From IMG/VR virus record IMGVR_UViG_3300037067_012889, positions 192,001 through 256,000 of that record: 64,000 nucleotides of DNA. The stretch is one strand, 5' to 3'. This document shows positions 25,351-35,328 of the stretch, piece by piece. Position 1 is the stretch's first letter. Every line of letters begins with the position of its first letter. A program made the translations under genes and the position numbers. This DNA is from a virus. Taxonomy: Duplodnaviria; Caudoviricetes. The notes below the pieces were generated by a model. The model was not told the origin of the DNA. It saw nothing but the letters and a program-made list of their open reading frames with translations, and did no database searches.

Positions 25351-25379
25351 TTAATAGCACGAAAATGACCAATGATTAA
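25351..25379 (-). promoter_or_regulatory. promoter for the Y RNA/TROVE unit
   Basis: TTAATC-N17-TATTAA with TCGTGC. Confidence 0.65.
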
Positions 25380-25547
25380 TTAAATACGTCCATCTCCTCT
25401 ATGTCAAGGACACATATAACAAATCAGAGGTTCATTTCTTGTGTCGATCTTTCCAATGCGGATCGTTTTCCGGATTCGCCGGAGAATAATTACCGTCCTC
25501 TAGAATGAAAGCGACCCACCTGAACTGCTTAGCTATTCTCCTAATAT

Positions 25548-26003
25548 TTAGTGCAAATCACTGCGTATCTTCATGAGTATCTTGCCCAACATGTTCTGCC
25601 CCTCTCCCTCACACATTCCCCAATAATGATCGCACCAGTTGTTGCCCTCTATTAGTTCAGAATCGCCAGTTGCTAAAAGCTTGTCTCTCAGATCTGGTAT
25701 GTTGAACTTCTGGCGGATTAGATCTTCCATTATCACAAGTTTTATTGATTCCCAATCAGGCCGCAGTGATACACAACTCCCTGTCCTCTTCGCCTGTCCG
25801 GGTGTCATTCGTGCTATCTCTTCCCTTTCAGACACGTTCATCGTCTTCGCGGCCTGATATGCATTCTCAACGGAGAGATATACTATTCCCTCCATCTCTA
25901 CCCTGCAGGGATAAAAATTCGATAGGAACCGATTCTCTTCAGAAAAACTCGTTATGGCTTTCATTGAGATTGTCCTGAGTATTCTAAAAATGTCAAATCT
26001 CAC
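25548..26003 (-). CDS. NADAR (YbiA-like) family protein (probable start MKAITSF)
   Basis: FLSNFYP, SVENAYQAAK, LRPDWE, LLATGD.ELIEGN.W.D.YWG and GQNMLGKILM motifs. Confidence 0.93.
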   Translation of the reverse strand: MRFDIFRILRTISMKAITSFSEENRFLSNFYPCRVEMEGIVYLSVENAYQAAKTMNVSEREEIARMTPGQAKRTGSCVSLRPDWESIKLVIMEDLIRQKFNIPDLRDKLLATGDSELIEGNNWCDHYWGMCEGEGQNMLGKILMKIRSDLH

Positions 26004-26017
26004 TAAAGGATGATCAT

Positions 26018-26260
26018 ATGCCCATTAAACCAGGACGCTATCGACATTACAAGGGTAAAGAATACATCGTAATAGGTGAAGCTACCCACACCGAAACCAA
26101 AGAGCAAATGGTCATTTATCAGCAGGATTATGATGATTTCAAGTCCTGGGTTCGTCCAAAAGAGCTATTTGAAGGTACGGTCGAAATAGGTGGTGAAGTC
26201 GTTAACAGATTCACATATGTCGGACCTTGGTGCTGCTGCCATTGTGTTGACCCATGTTAA
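26018..26260 (+). CDS. DUF1653 domain protein
   Basis: PGRYRHYKGKEY.VIG.A.HTET.E.MVIY...WVRP..LF. Confidence 0.9.
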   Translation: MPIKPGRYRHYKGKEYIVIGEATHTETKEQMVIYQQDYDDFKSWVRPKELFEGTVEIGGEVVNRFTYVGPWCCCHCVDPC

Positions 26261-26278
26261 TTCATTCGTGCATCACTA

Positions 26279-26479
26279 TCACCTCTCGGCGACTTTAGCC
26301 CAGAATTCCGTCATATCACCAAGACCTTCATCGAGATGAATGGCTAGATGCTCTCTGAGCAAGTTGTCATCGATATCATATGCTGGCTCGGTGTGCATTT
26401 TGATGCCTAATTCTGCCGCTACTTCGAGCATCAACGGAACACGGTCTTTGGTACAGTTAGTAAGGAAATGGTCGTCCAT
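26279..26479 (-). CDS. hypothetical protein
   Basis: 66 aa, coupled to the upstream stop. Confidence 0.55.
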   Translation of the reverse strand: MDDHFLTNCTKDRVPLMLEVAAELGIKMHTEPAYDIDDNLLREHLAIHLDEGLGDMTEFWAKVAER

Positions 26480-26991
26480 TAGTCGTCGTCCATATCTAAA
26501 TTAAGTTCGCAACAGCCGCCTAGAACCTGTGCAGACCGAGATTTCCGCCCTGCATGTTCTGTGAATTTTGACGACAAAGTTCGTATATCGGACGTCACTT
26601 CACGAGCTACGACATTGCGACAATTCTCACAACGTCCGTCTTTCGTCACTGGTGGCCTCTGCCAGCAGAACCGGCACACCATTTCTTCTTCTTTCTTGAT
26701 GTCCTTCTTATTTGCAGTGTTATGCAGGCTTTTATATCGTTGGTCGCTAAAACCATACTTCCTGTTTACCTCGTAAACATCACAGAATTCGTCTGACGTT
26801 ATGAGATTTCTAAATAAATAGCAATACTCAACCGGAACAGAAAGCGTATATTGTTCCCTGTAGATGGTCAGCACGACATGTCTACCCAATGGTATGTCGC
26901 CTTCTTCATGCAGCCATTTCAAATTATGCTCAACGCTTTGGGCTATCTCACTAGCACGTTCTTTCGATATTGTCAACTGTGAACAAATCAT
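26479..26991 (-). CDS. hypothetical protein with Zn finger
   Basis: CRFC...CENC. Confidence 0.6.
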   Translation of the reverse strand: MICSQLTISKERASEIAQSVEHNLKWLHEEGDIPLGRHVVLTIYREQYTLSVPVEYCYLFRNLITSDEFCDVYEVNRKYGFSDQRYKSLHNTANKKDIKKEEEMVCRFCWQRPPVTKDGRCENCRNVVAREVTSDIRTLSSKFTEHAGRKSRSAQVLGGCCELNLDMDDD

Positions 26992-28187
26992 GATTCTGGC
27001 TGATCTACGAGATTTAAACCAAGACCAAGGTATCGACGCATCGCATCAGCTATTTGGATCGGCTTTGTTGAATAAATCACATTTTTCTTAAGTTTAAAAA
27101 CATCGCCACATCCACACTTGCGCATCAACTCAACCAATTCACTATCGTGCATGAGATCTGAATTGAGGAACGCATCTAGTGTATCTAACCCAAGATATTC
27201 TCTGTCCGGTCGCCGCAGCCGCAAGTTTCTTTGCAGTTTACGTCCTTCTGGTGTACCGTCCATCGTCAGGAATAGAAACGTCGTAATCAAAACAGCACCG
27301 GGCACCACCATACATGTAAAATATCCGATTTTCTGATTACCAAAGATGCATTCAAGAAGAAACGTATCTTTATTGTATGATCTGATCGTAGCTCCTCGCT
27401 TCACAGACTGCCAAACAGATATGAACGCTTCTGTCTGTCCTCTCTCACCCATCTCTTGCATGCCGATGCGTTCAATGAGCCTATCAATCGCATGTAATTG
27501 GGCATAAACTGGCAGTTCCATATCAGGTCCTATCAGTTTTATGTTAAGCTTCTCCCATTTCGGATATGAATTTGTGGGGTCCGTTATAGCATATGCAACC
27601 CTATCACCGACCGGCAAATGAAACGTCTTCGACTTACTTATTCTCGACATGTCGAGCGATGAACGACTACGTTGATTGTATCCTTTGAAGAAGTAGACGC
27701 TGTCGATAGTGTCTATTGAAATAACGTACTCAAAAAGGTCTCGTATTGTTTTGTCGAAGATGTTTTGCAATTCGCCACGAACACATGATTGTAGGTCGAA
27801 TAGCTGCTCAAAGTCTACTTTCTCGCGACTCGATAGTATTCCGCTTGCCCGCTTGATGCCCTTACATACCTCCCACAGCACGGGATAAATAATGGACCAA
27901 AAAAGCTGTGCGGGACGTTCATAATCCTCAATTTTAATGACGGTCGCGTCAAGTACCCTCTGTGCTTGACGCAGTATCTTCTGGTCAACGTCGCCACCAG
28001 TGTTTGTTATGTTCATTGGCCTTGATTGGGCCATATCGAGCACTCGTTTGTTCCGATCAAGAAAAGACCGTATAGTAGGATTCATAGCACCAAAATGCGT
28101 AAGGAATCCGTCCATAACAGATCTTACGTTATGCGCTGCTTTTCTATCGTATCGTCTTGGCTTCTGCTTCGGAGTCATAATGACCAT
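26988..28187 (-). CDS. hypothetical protein
   Basis: 399-aa ORF with an HAIDRLIER motif. Confidence 0.75.
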   Translation of the reverse strand: MVIMTPKQKPRRYDRKAAHNVRSVMDGFLTHFGAMNPTIRSFLDRNKRVLDMAQSRPMNITNTGGDVDQKILRQAQRVLDATVIKIEDYERPAQLFWSIIYPVLWEVCKGIKRASGILSSREKVDFEQLFDLQSCVRGELQNIFDKTIRDLFEYVISIDTIDSVYFFKGYNQRSRSSLDMSRISKSKTFHLPVGDRVAYAITDPTNSYPKWEKLNIKLIGPDMELPVYAQLHAIDRLIERIGMQEMGERGQTEAFISVWQSVKRGATIRSYNKDTFLLECIFGNQKIGYFTCMVVPGAVLITTFLFLTMDGTPEGRKLQRNLRLRRPDREYLGLDTLDAFLNSDLMHDSELVELMRKCGCGDVFKLKKNVIYSTKPIQIADAMRRYLGLGLNLVDQPES

Positions 28188-28193
28188 AGTAAA

Positions 28194-28826
28194 TCAGATG
28201 ATTGTTGGTCTTTCGCATATGTGATCCGGATTGAAATAGAGATAGTCAGGATATGACGGAATTGGTTTGAACCCGATTCTGGTCCAATACGCCGCAATTT
28301 TCTTTTGTGCGGCATCTAACTCGTCATCAGACACAGATCCAATTTTAGGTAGATTGTATTTGTCATCGAATCCCGGTTCGCTCAAAATGAGACGTGGTTT
28401 CATCACGACAGCGGCGTAGCCGTCAGCTATGATGTCGAGTAGATGCCAGATTGCAGCCAATCCTATCTGATGGCCGCGATATTCCGGCACTATCTTGATT
28501 TGATCGAGACAAAAGATGTTGCCCGGTTCGAGATCGAGTTCCTCGGCAAAGCCAAATTTATCGCCGACAACTTTACTAATCATCTCCTCATATTCAGCGC
28601 CGTAATCACCAGCAACGTTCAACATATCAACAATATTACCAGCATAATAACATGGCACAATCGCACCATCAACCTCGCCGATCACCTTATGTTTTTCATT
28701 ACCTAATTCGGCATGGACCTCTCGAATGACGTCTTGGGAGTCATTCCTGTCGAAGTTGATACAGAATGGGCCGATAGAAAAAGAGATCAAAATGGCTTCT
28801 TCACTAATGTTCGTATTCTCGGACAT
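28194..28826 (-). CDS. GNAT-fold acetyltransferase-like protein
   Basis: LDQIKIVPEYRGHQIG (acetyl-CoA motif) and YWTRIGF. Confidence 0.7.
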   Translation of the reverse strand: MSENTNISEEAILISFSIGPFCINFDRNDSQDVIREVHAELGNEKHKVIGEVDGAIVPCYYAGNIVDMLNVAGDYGAEYEEMISKVVGDKFGFAEELDLEPGNIFCLDQIKIVPEYRGHQIGLAAIWHLLDIIADGYAAVVMKPRLILSEPGFDDKYNLPKIGSVSDDELDAAQKKIAAYWTRIGFKPIPSYPDYLYFNPDHICERPTII

Positions 28827-29010
28827 GTCTAGCTCCTCTAATTTAGTTCATGATCTTGTGTATAGAAAGCAGGCTTCGGAAATGTCGGACTGGCCATTGC
28901 CAAAATGGCTTCCTCTCTCGTATAGCCCTGATCCAAAAAGAATTTGATAATATCCTCTTCAGACATATACTTGGGCTTATTATCGCTTGTATCGCTCACG
29001 ATTTGTCTCC

Positions 29011-29565
29011 TTAACTGTCGCTACCATTGTCAACCTCGAAATCCATTTCTTGTAGTTTCGGCGGTTCTGGTTCCGGATCACCAGGGAAACGTGAAGGCAT
29101 CGACCTGCGATAACGGCGATCATCTCTCGCCCTGCACTTCGGGCAAAGAGGGTCTTCACCGCCACCATGCTTCACATCCCTGTCTGTCTCGCCGTCGTCG
29201 AACATCTCGTCGCATTCTTCGCAGCAATGTTCGTGTCTAGGTCGAAGAATACAAGCGTCGATCTGGTACTTGTAATGAGCTTCACCGAGATTACGAAGCG
29301 CTTCACACATATCGTTATGAAATTTCTTAGCTGGTCCTGTGACCTGCTTGCCATCAAGATGCTCCATCATTGCTTTATAGACCGACTTGTCGAAAGCCTC
29401 ATATTCTTCCATGAAACGCTCCGCTGCGGCATATTTCATCCGCAACTTCTTGCACTCTTCATAGAGAAAACGAACACGATCTCGCGCATCGGAACTTATA
29501 GAGCGAAATTCCTTTGCCATCCGTTCAATCTCTTCTTCTGTAGTAACTGTCCAATCAGACATCAT
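29011..29565 (-). CDS. hypothetical protein with Zn ribbon
   Basis: CEEC...CPKC; AGGAG RBS. Confidence 0.65.
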   Translation of the reverse strand: MMSDWTVTTEEEIERMAKEFRSISSDARDRVRFLYEECKKLRMKYAAAERFMEEYEAFDKSVYKAMMEHLDGKQVTGPAKKFHNDMCEALRNLGEAHYKYQIDACILRPRHEHCCEECDEMFDDGETDRDVKHGGGEDPLCPKCRARDDRRYRRSMPSRFPGDPEPEPPKLQEMDFEVDNGSDS

Positions 29566-29571
29566 AGCTCC

Positions 29572-30837
29572 TTAAATAACGGGTTTCAACGGTAATGCCA
29601 TAGCTTCATCGAGAAGAGGAAAGAAGTCCTCTCCCCATGGAATAAAACGCCAGAAGTCGATATCTTGATAAACACCGTCGCGGAAATAACGCCAGATCTC
29701 AACACCATTCTTCTTGTAGCAGACATGGACAAGATCATATTGCTCTTCTGGAGCACTCTCTGGCAATTCTTTCTTCATCCTGTCGCTTTCGCGAAACAAC
29801 TCTCGCCAGTTCGCATTCGGCTCATTGAATTTCTGCATCATAGCATCAGAAATTTCTTGCTTCTTGTCTTCAAGCTCAATCTCGTAAGGCTCTTTCCATT
29901 CAAGAGCCGGATCGGTGAGTTGAGTAACAATCGTTTCCTGATAATCCTCACCAGTTGTATCTGTGAAAGGCTGTACAAACACCGGACGATTACTGAACTT
30001 CTGCAGATAGATGTGGATGTGGCGATGTTCGCGAGGAAGCTCTAAAGCTGATTGCATAATTTCGTCCCACTTTGTTTGGAGATACTGTTTGAGAGAATGT
30101 TTAAAGACATCAAGAGGGTAATGACGCTTGGCAAAATTCGTCCATTGGCAGATAAGATGAATGTTTCCTTTGATGTGACCTCGCTCCGGATCAATACGAT
30201 CGATACTCATCGCATTCATATCATTGAACGCATGAGTCATCTTGACACCGGTAATAGCACACTTACCTTGTTGAGCTTCATATAGAGAAACGACATAATC
30301 GAGATCAATATCAAAATCCCTTTTAGGTCCTGATTTCGGATCATGAGGGCCTGGCTTAAGCGCTATCGCCCTACCGATACTAAGCAAATGAGACAACCAA
30401 GTTCGCGGAGTCTTGCAGACTCTAGCACGATGCATCGCCTTACCTTCTGGCGTATGATATAGCTTACGATTTGTATCTCGCAACTGTTCTCTGTTCGTAT
30501 CCTTCCAATATTGAACCTGTTTACGCAATTTGTCTCGATTTTTCTTGCGATATTCAGCAAGATAGACCTTGAAACAAGGAACACAAACATTGGCTTTCGG
30601 CCTGAATTCGACCTCAGTTTCAGGTTTACCGCATTCACGGCAAATCCGTACTTCTGGCTTAACTTGCGGATGGAGAATGCCTTTGCGAAGATCTCGCTTA
30701 TAGGCGGCTTGACAGGTCTTGCAAGTAGCACGACCTTTAGAAAAATGATCTAGTGGTCTTGGTTGACCACATTTTCGGCAGATTCGAGTCTCAGGTGTTG
30801 TTTCATCCATACCTCTATTAAAATACAGATGAAGCAA
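29572..30837 (-). CDS. Zn-finger/HNH-type (homing) endonuclease (probable start MDETT)
   Basis: Tandem CxxC fingers; QQGKCAITG...SIDRIDPERGHIKGNIHLICQWTNFAK. Confidence 0.8.
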   Translation of the reverse strand: MLHLYFNRGMDETTPETRICRKCGQPRPLDHFSKGRATCKTCQAAYKRDLRKGILHPQVKPEVRICRECGKPETEVEFRPKANVCVPCFKVYLAEYRKKNRDKLRKQVQYWKDTNREQLRDTNRKLYHTPEGKAMHRARVCKTPRTWLSHLLSIGRAIALKPGPHDPKSGPKRDFDIDLDYVVSLYEAQQGKCAITGVKMTHAFNDMNAMSIDRIDPERGHIKGNIHLICQWTNFAKRHYPLDVFKHSLKQYLQTKWDEIMQSALELPREHRHIHIYLQKFSNRPVFVQPFTDTTGEDYQETIVTQLTDPALEWKEPYEIELEDKKQEISDAMMQKFNEPNANWRELFRESDRMKKELPESAPEEQYDLVHVCYKKNGVEIWRYFRDGVYQDIDFWRFIPWGEDFFPLLDEAMALPLKPVI

Positions 30838-30850
30838 GCTGTCAAGTATA

Positions 30851-31177
30851 TCAATGTTCCAGATCTTCTACTGCACCAACTATATCTTTTGCGGCCTTGG
30901 TCACTGTTGTGACCAATTTGTCTTCGAAATCCTTTATAGTCGCTTCAACTTCATCTAACTTATCTTGGATCTCTGGCAGCTGCAGGTCCTCTAATTTTAC
31001 CACCAATGGAGCGATTTGCTCTTCCAGCTTATTGCAGATTGATATACCACACTCTGCTACGGCGGACATCAGCGAATCGCACCCCCAAATTATTGTGGCG
31101 GCTAGATCGCCACCAGCTACCTTTGATAAAAGCTCATCCTTCGACCATCCACGAAGCTGCGAATAATCTTCTAACAT
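30851..31177 (-). CDS. hypothetical helical protein
   Basis: 108 aa, GAGG RBS. Confidence 0.6.
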   Translation of the reverse strand: MLEDYSQLRGWSKDELLSKVAGGDLAATIIWGCDSLMSAVAECGISICNKLEEQIAPLVVKLEDLQLPEIQDKLDEVEATIKDFEDKLVTTVTKAAKDIVGAVEDLEH

Positions 31178-31258
31178 TTTGATACCTCATTTGTGTTATG
31201 CCCCGTATATTTACACAATCGTGATATATGCATTTGCCTATTTAGTACGACACCTATG

Positions 31259-31292
31259 AAAAGAGCCGGGTCGAATTTCTCCGACCCGGCTC
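31259..31292 (-). terminator. intrinsic terminator after the major capsid gene
   Basis: 11-bp stem gagccgggtcg/cgacccggctc followed by TTTT on the minus strand. Confidence 0.8.
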
Positions 31293-31334
31293 CATGTTTT
31301 CAGCAGGATACCCACACTAGGTAGGTGCCGAATC

Positions 31335-32942
31335 CTACAGATTGGTTACATTGATCGTGCCATAGTACAGGCCACCATCTTCAATGAGCTTCTTGCCATA
31401 ACGTGTCATTATCCCCTTGGTGGGGGTATGGCTGTTCGGGTCGAGTACTGTCGGGGTGCTCAACAGAGGAATGTATGGAGCGTAGAAATATCCCGCATCC
31501 AGTACACTGGCACCCTTGAAGCCCAAGAGGATCTTGCAGTTCGGGAAGAGCGGATCCTTGTACAACCGCAGCTTGCCCTGGATCGTTCCGGCATTCATGA
31601 TACCGATATCCACGCCCTCTTGAACGAACGCGTCTGACGACCGGAAGTCGTTCAACTGTTCGAACTTGGAGCTGATATCGGCGGAGGTCACCATCCAATT
31701 CGCCGGGCCACGCAATGTGGTCCTGTGGATGATGTTCGCAACTTCGAGCACCTTGTAGAGCAAGGCGATGTTGCGATCTGTAAAGTTAACAGATGCCCCA
31801 GCTGCCGTGGCGAAGTTGTGAGTAGCACGAATGGCGGCTGCTATGATCAGATCGTTGATGATTTCACGGTCGATCTCGGCAACCATCTCGTCGGCCATAA
31901 GGTCTGTCAAGGTGCTCTCGGCGTCGATGTTGTGCACCGACTTGAGATCCTGGGCAGCTTCCAGCGACCAGCTCGTCTTGAGCTTACGGGTGACAGCCGC
32001 AACGCTGTCACTGTCGATGCTCAAGGTGACTTCGGGCTGGAAGGGATTGGCTTCGAGGTCGTACTCGTAGTTAACACGAGCAATGGCGTCGGCTGGCAAA
32101 GGAATGCCGCCACCCATTGTGACCTGAACCGCACCGGTTGTGTGGCTGAAAACTGTAGCACCAGGAGTTGTGGTGTCAACAGAAATCGTACCCATCGTAC
32201 CGCTGCAGTCACCGACGACCACAACATCGGGATCACCAGAGGCGTCGAAGCTGACGCGGAGGCAAGGAACGGGATTGTCGCAATCGGGGCCAGCGGCAGC
32301 CAGATTGTCATAGACTTCGACAACAACCGTCCCGGCGAGGACTGGCCGGTGAGCCAACGTCTGGGTGATGACCATTCCACCGGGCTGAATCGTCGCGTCT
32401 TCGCCATGAACTTCTTGCGAAGAGTAGTACGGATCCAACGCCCATCCGTTCTGCTTCGCATAGGCTTGCGAAGTGTTCTGACGCATGATCTGGGTACCAG
32501 CGATTGTCTGGCCCTTTGTCATGGCGTACTTGTAGCGGATGTAGAAAATCAAGCTGGCAGGCTGGCTCATGGGCTGCACACCAACGAGATTGTCGGCAAT
32601 CAGCTTCGGGAAGCTCTTGCGGAGCAAAGGCAACGCAAACCGTGTAAAGTCGGCGATGTTGCCGGTGGTCGTCTGATCTTCCAAGATCAGCGAGCGGCCA
32701 GACGGATTCATGTGCTTGTGCTGATTCTCGAAAATGGCCGCCATCAAACCCATCTTGCTCTGACGGATTTCGCGGCATTTGTTGAGAACCGGAGCCCAAC
32801 GCTGAACCATGGGGTTCTTGTTCGACTCATACAACACTGTAGCGCGATGCGGATCGGACGCTTCGGTGATGGTTTGGCGGTTGCGGGATTCGGTCAAATG
32901 ACGACCCTGAACTCGGGTCTTGTTCTGGCGAGTTGCCAACAT
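31335..32942 (-). CDS. major capsid protein (T4 gp23-like)
   Basis: LVGVQPMSQP, TRKLKTSWSLEAAQDLKSVH, AEIDREII, YAPYIPL and GIMTRYG motifs. Confidence 0.97.
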   Translation of the reverse strand: MLATRQNKTRVQGRHLTESRNRQTITEASDPHRATVLYESNKNPMVQRWAPVLNKCREIRQSKMGLMAAIFENQHKHMNPSGRSLILEDQTTTGNIADFTRFALPLLRKSFPKLIADNLVGVQPMSQPASLIFYIRYKYAMTKGQTIAGTQIMRQNTSQAYAKQNGWALDPYYSSQEVHGEDATIQPGGMVITQTLAHRPVLAGTVVVEVYDNLAAAGPDCDNPVPCLRVSFDASGDPDVVVVGDCSGTMGTISVDTTTPGATVFSHTTGAVQVTMGGGIPLPADAIARVNYEYDLEANPFQPEVTLSIDSDSVAAVTRKLKTSWSLEAAQDLKSVHNIDAESTLTDLMADEMVAEIDREIINDLIIAAAIRATHNFATAAGASVNFTDRNIALLYKVLEVANIIHRTTLRGPANWMVTSADISSKFEQLNDFRSSDAFVQEGVDIGIMNAGTIQGKLRLYKDPLFPNCKILLGFKGASVLDAGYFYAPYIPLLSTPTVLDPNSHTPTKGIMTRYGKKLIEDGGLYYGTINVTNL

Positions 32943-33033
32943 ATGCAGATTCCTTATGTGAATGATGCGTATCCAGAAGTTAGATCACAAACCTAAGTGG
33001 TTGCGTCTTGGCTATCTAGATATCGAAAATTGT

Positions 33034-33744
33034 TCAGACCACCTCGTCCATGGTCGATGCCACTTCAGCTGGGCTGCGTGGCGGACGCATGGTATTGACT
33101 GGTGCTTCTTGCTTTTCAACGGTGGTCGTCTCAACATTCTCCTTAAGAGTACGCTGAGTTGTCCGTCGTTGAGCTGCATTACGAGAAGCATCAATCCTGG
33201 TGACGCCATTGCTTGGTGCGACTTTTCCTTCGGTCAAAGTGTGCTCTAAAGCACGGTTACGCTTTAGAACCCGCTCAGAAATCTGGATGCATCGCTTGGC
33301 TTTGGCGTTCGCCTTGTCGCGTTCCTCTACGAGATGCTCGGCTAGCTTTTTGAACTTTTCGATTTCGGTCTTAAGTTCACTGTTCGACTGGCCATTAAGC
33401 TCAATGCCCTCTAAGAGAGCATAGATTTTTTCGAGCTTGGCGACAGCTTCAGTTTCCCTATTGGCCGACTGACGCATTACGAGCTCTTCGATAGTAGAGT
33501 TCTTAGCTTCCAAGAAGATTTGGAGCCGACGAGCAAGTTCAGCCTTGTGGGCTTCAACTTCCTCAAAGCACACCTTCTTTGCCTTCACAAGGCGTGCCTG
33601 GAATTCAGTGTCCGACTGCTCCTTCAGCTCATTTGCGTGGTTGTCGATGGCTTCGCATAGTTGTGCAGAAACCTCAGCTGACAAACCACATTTTTGCAAA
33701 AGCTGTTTGATCTTATCCATTGTTAAGTCAACTCCATGTTTCAC
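33034..33744 (-). CDS. prohead scaffold/core protein (gp22-like)
   Basis: Coiled-coil, Glu-rich, immediately upstream of the capsid gene. Confidence 0.7.
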   Translation of the reverse strand: MKHGVDLTMDKIKQLLQKCGLSAEVSAQLCEAIDNHANELKEQSDTEFQARLVKAKKVCFEEVEAHKAELARRLQIFLEAKNSTIEELVMRQSANRETEAVAKLEKIYALLEGIELNGQSNSELKTEIEKFKKLAEHLVEERDKANAKAKRCIQISERVLKRNRALEHTLTEGKVAPSNGVTRIDASRNAAQRRTTQRTLKENVETTTVEKQEAPVNTMRPPRSPAEVASTMDEVV

Positions 33745-33794
33745 TGTGAACTAATCGTTCTGATATTATTTTTGACCAAAATGCAACAGTACTA

Positions 33795-34054
33795 CTACTG
33801 TTGCATCACATCGCACATATCTCCAACCAACATCCACTTTGCTGGTTTATGGCAAATGACACATTCTCCAGGGGAATCTGACGGTTCTTTATCACCTTTC
33901 TCAATCCGCCCCCCATTTTCAAAACCGCATGCCGGATCAGTGCAAGCACGGGTCCAAAGATTACCCTCGGCGAATCCGACATCCATATATCCAGTATCTT
34001 TACAATGTGTACAAGGCTTCTCACCATTCAGACAAAAAACGCATTTTGCTTTCA
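33795..34054 (-). CDS. small Cys-rich Zn-binding protein (start approximate, MKAKC)
   Basis: Four CxxC-like pairs. Confidence 0.5.
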
Positions 34055-34236
34055 TGTGGTTTATTCTTCTGTTTCTTCTTGCCCCATTTGATGAATTTAT
34101 CTCTGTCCGATGGACACAGCAACATCGACATCCGTTTTGTCGGGTCAGCTTTAATCCAATGTCCTTCACTAAGCTTTTTCAGTTTCATATGTATAATAAT
34201 TTTGTAGAAACATAATACAGCCACAGAGGGACAATA

Positions 34237-34446
34237 ATGGTTGAATGTGAACATTTACAAGAATTTCTTGATTGTGAACTTGACGTCATTAAACGACATC
34301 TAGCAAGGCATAAATGGTTCAATGCGATCCCAGATGAAGGAGAAGGAATCGCCGACTTTATCAAGAAGTATGGTTGGCTAATGCGTGAGCTATATTGCGG
34401 CTATGCATGTAAAGATAAAGATGTATGTACAATAATGAAGCACTGA
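34237..34446 (+). CDS. hypothetical protein
   Basis: 69 aa, GAGG RBS. Confidence 0.6.
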   Translation: MVECEHLQEFLDCELDVIKRHLARHKWFNAIPDEGEGIADFIKKYGWLMRELYCGYACKDKDVCTIMKH

Positions 34447-34473
34447 CAAATAGAATTATATTGGTAGAAATAA

Positions 34474-34866
34474 TTACGGTGTAGGAGGTAATGTGTATTG
34501 TCCTGGGGTGCCCGGCGCACCGATAGTTACACCAGTATTAGTTATCATTCGCAAAGCGGTCATCATTATACTAGAAACAGTAATCCCAGATCCAAATCCA
34601 ACCACCATCTGTTCTTTGCCAACGACAGAGCCATAAACTATTAGTGCTGTTCCAACCACTAATAAAGCAATACCAACTACTAGCGTCTTGCTCTTATACC
34701 ACACTTTACCTCCACGATCCTCGTTTACCGCATCTGCAAATCCTTTTGCCCATTCTCTTCGTTGCTTTGGATCACTATAAGTACACTGTTTATGTAGATC
34801 AAAAGCCTGCCATCCCTCCCAATATTCTACAGATTTTGAAAGACCAGTGCTGAAAAGTGTAAACAT
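34474..34866 (-). CDS. 2-TM membrane protein, holin-like
   Basis: KVWYKSKT followed by two TM helices and LRMIT. Confidence 0.55.
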   Translation of the reverse strand: MFTLFSTGLSKSVEYWEGWQAFDLHKQCTYSDPKQRREWAKGFADAVNEDRGGKVWYKSKTLVVGIALLVVGTALIVYGSVVGKEQMVVGFGSGITVSSIMMTALRMITNTGVTIGAPGTPGQYTLPPTP

Positions 34867-34878
34867 ATTATTGCACCT

Positions 34879-35325
34879 CTATCGCCGTCGTGTCCTTCTA
34901 TGGATAGTTTTGGCCGTGGTATTCTGATCTGAAGAACTATCAACACTAACCGTGACCTTATCTATCTTCTTGTCGCCTGTTGGCTCCGGTAATGATGGAA
35001 CCAATTCCCATCCATTTGCATCAACTGGAGTATATTGCTTTGGTTTTGTCTCTACTCCGCATGAGCATTCTGGCCCGGTGCATTCTGTGCTGGTGCATTC
35101 TGGTTCATTGTTTGGTATAACAACTGAATCTGTCCCCTGGCTACCAGGACTACCCGGATCCGGATCTGGTTTCGGCTTGAATATGTGCGGCCGTGGCTTT
35201 ACTGGCTCAACTACATCTGGTGGTGTTGGTACTTCATTAGCACCGGCATCACTCTTAAAATAAAATAGCAGCCAAATGCCGATAGCTAAGAACACTAGAG
35301 CGACGACAGGTAATACATTCTTCAT
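34879..35325 (-). CDS. membrane-anchored Pro-rich protein
   Basis: N-terminal TM, low-complexity linker. Confidence 0.6.
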   Translation of the reverse strand: MKNVLPVVALVFLAIGIWLLFYFKSDAGANEVPTPPDVVEPVKPRPHIFKPKPDPDPGSPGSQGTDSVVIPNNEPECTSTECTGPECSCGVETKPKQYTPVDANGWELVPSLPEPTGDKKIDKVTVSVDSSSDQNTTAKTIHRRTRRR

Positions 35326-35328
35326 TTT

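Noticed and set aside
31381-32996. Long alternative-frame and antisense ORFs over the capsid gene (e.g. 423 aa at 31725-32996)
   Set aside because: Shadow ORFs from the strong codon bias of gp23
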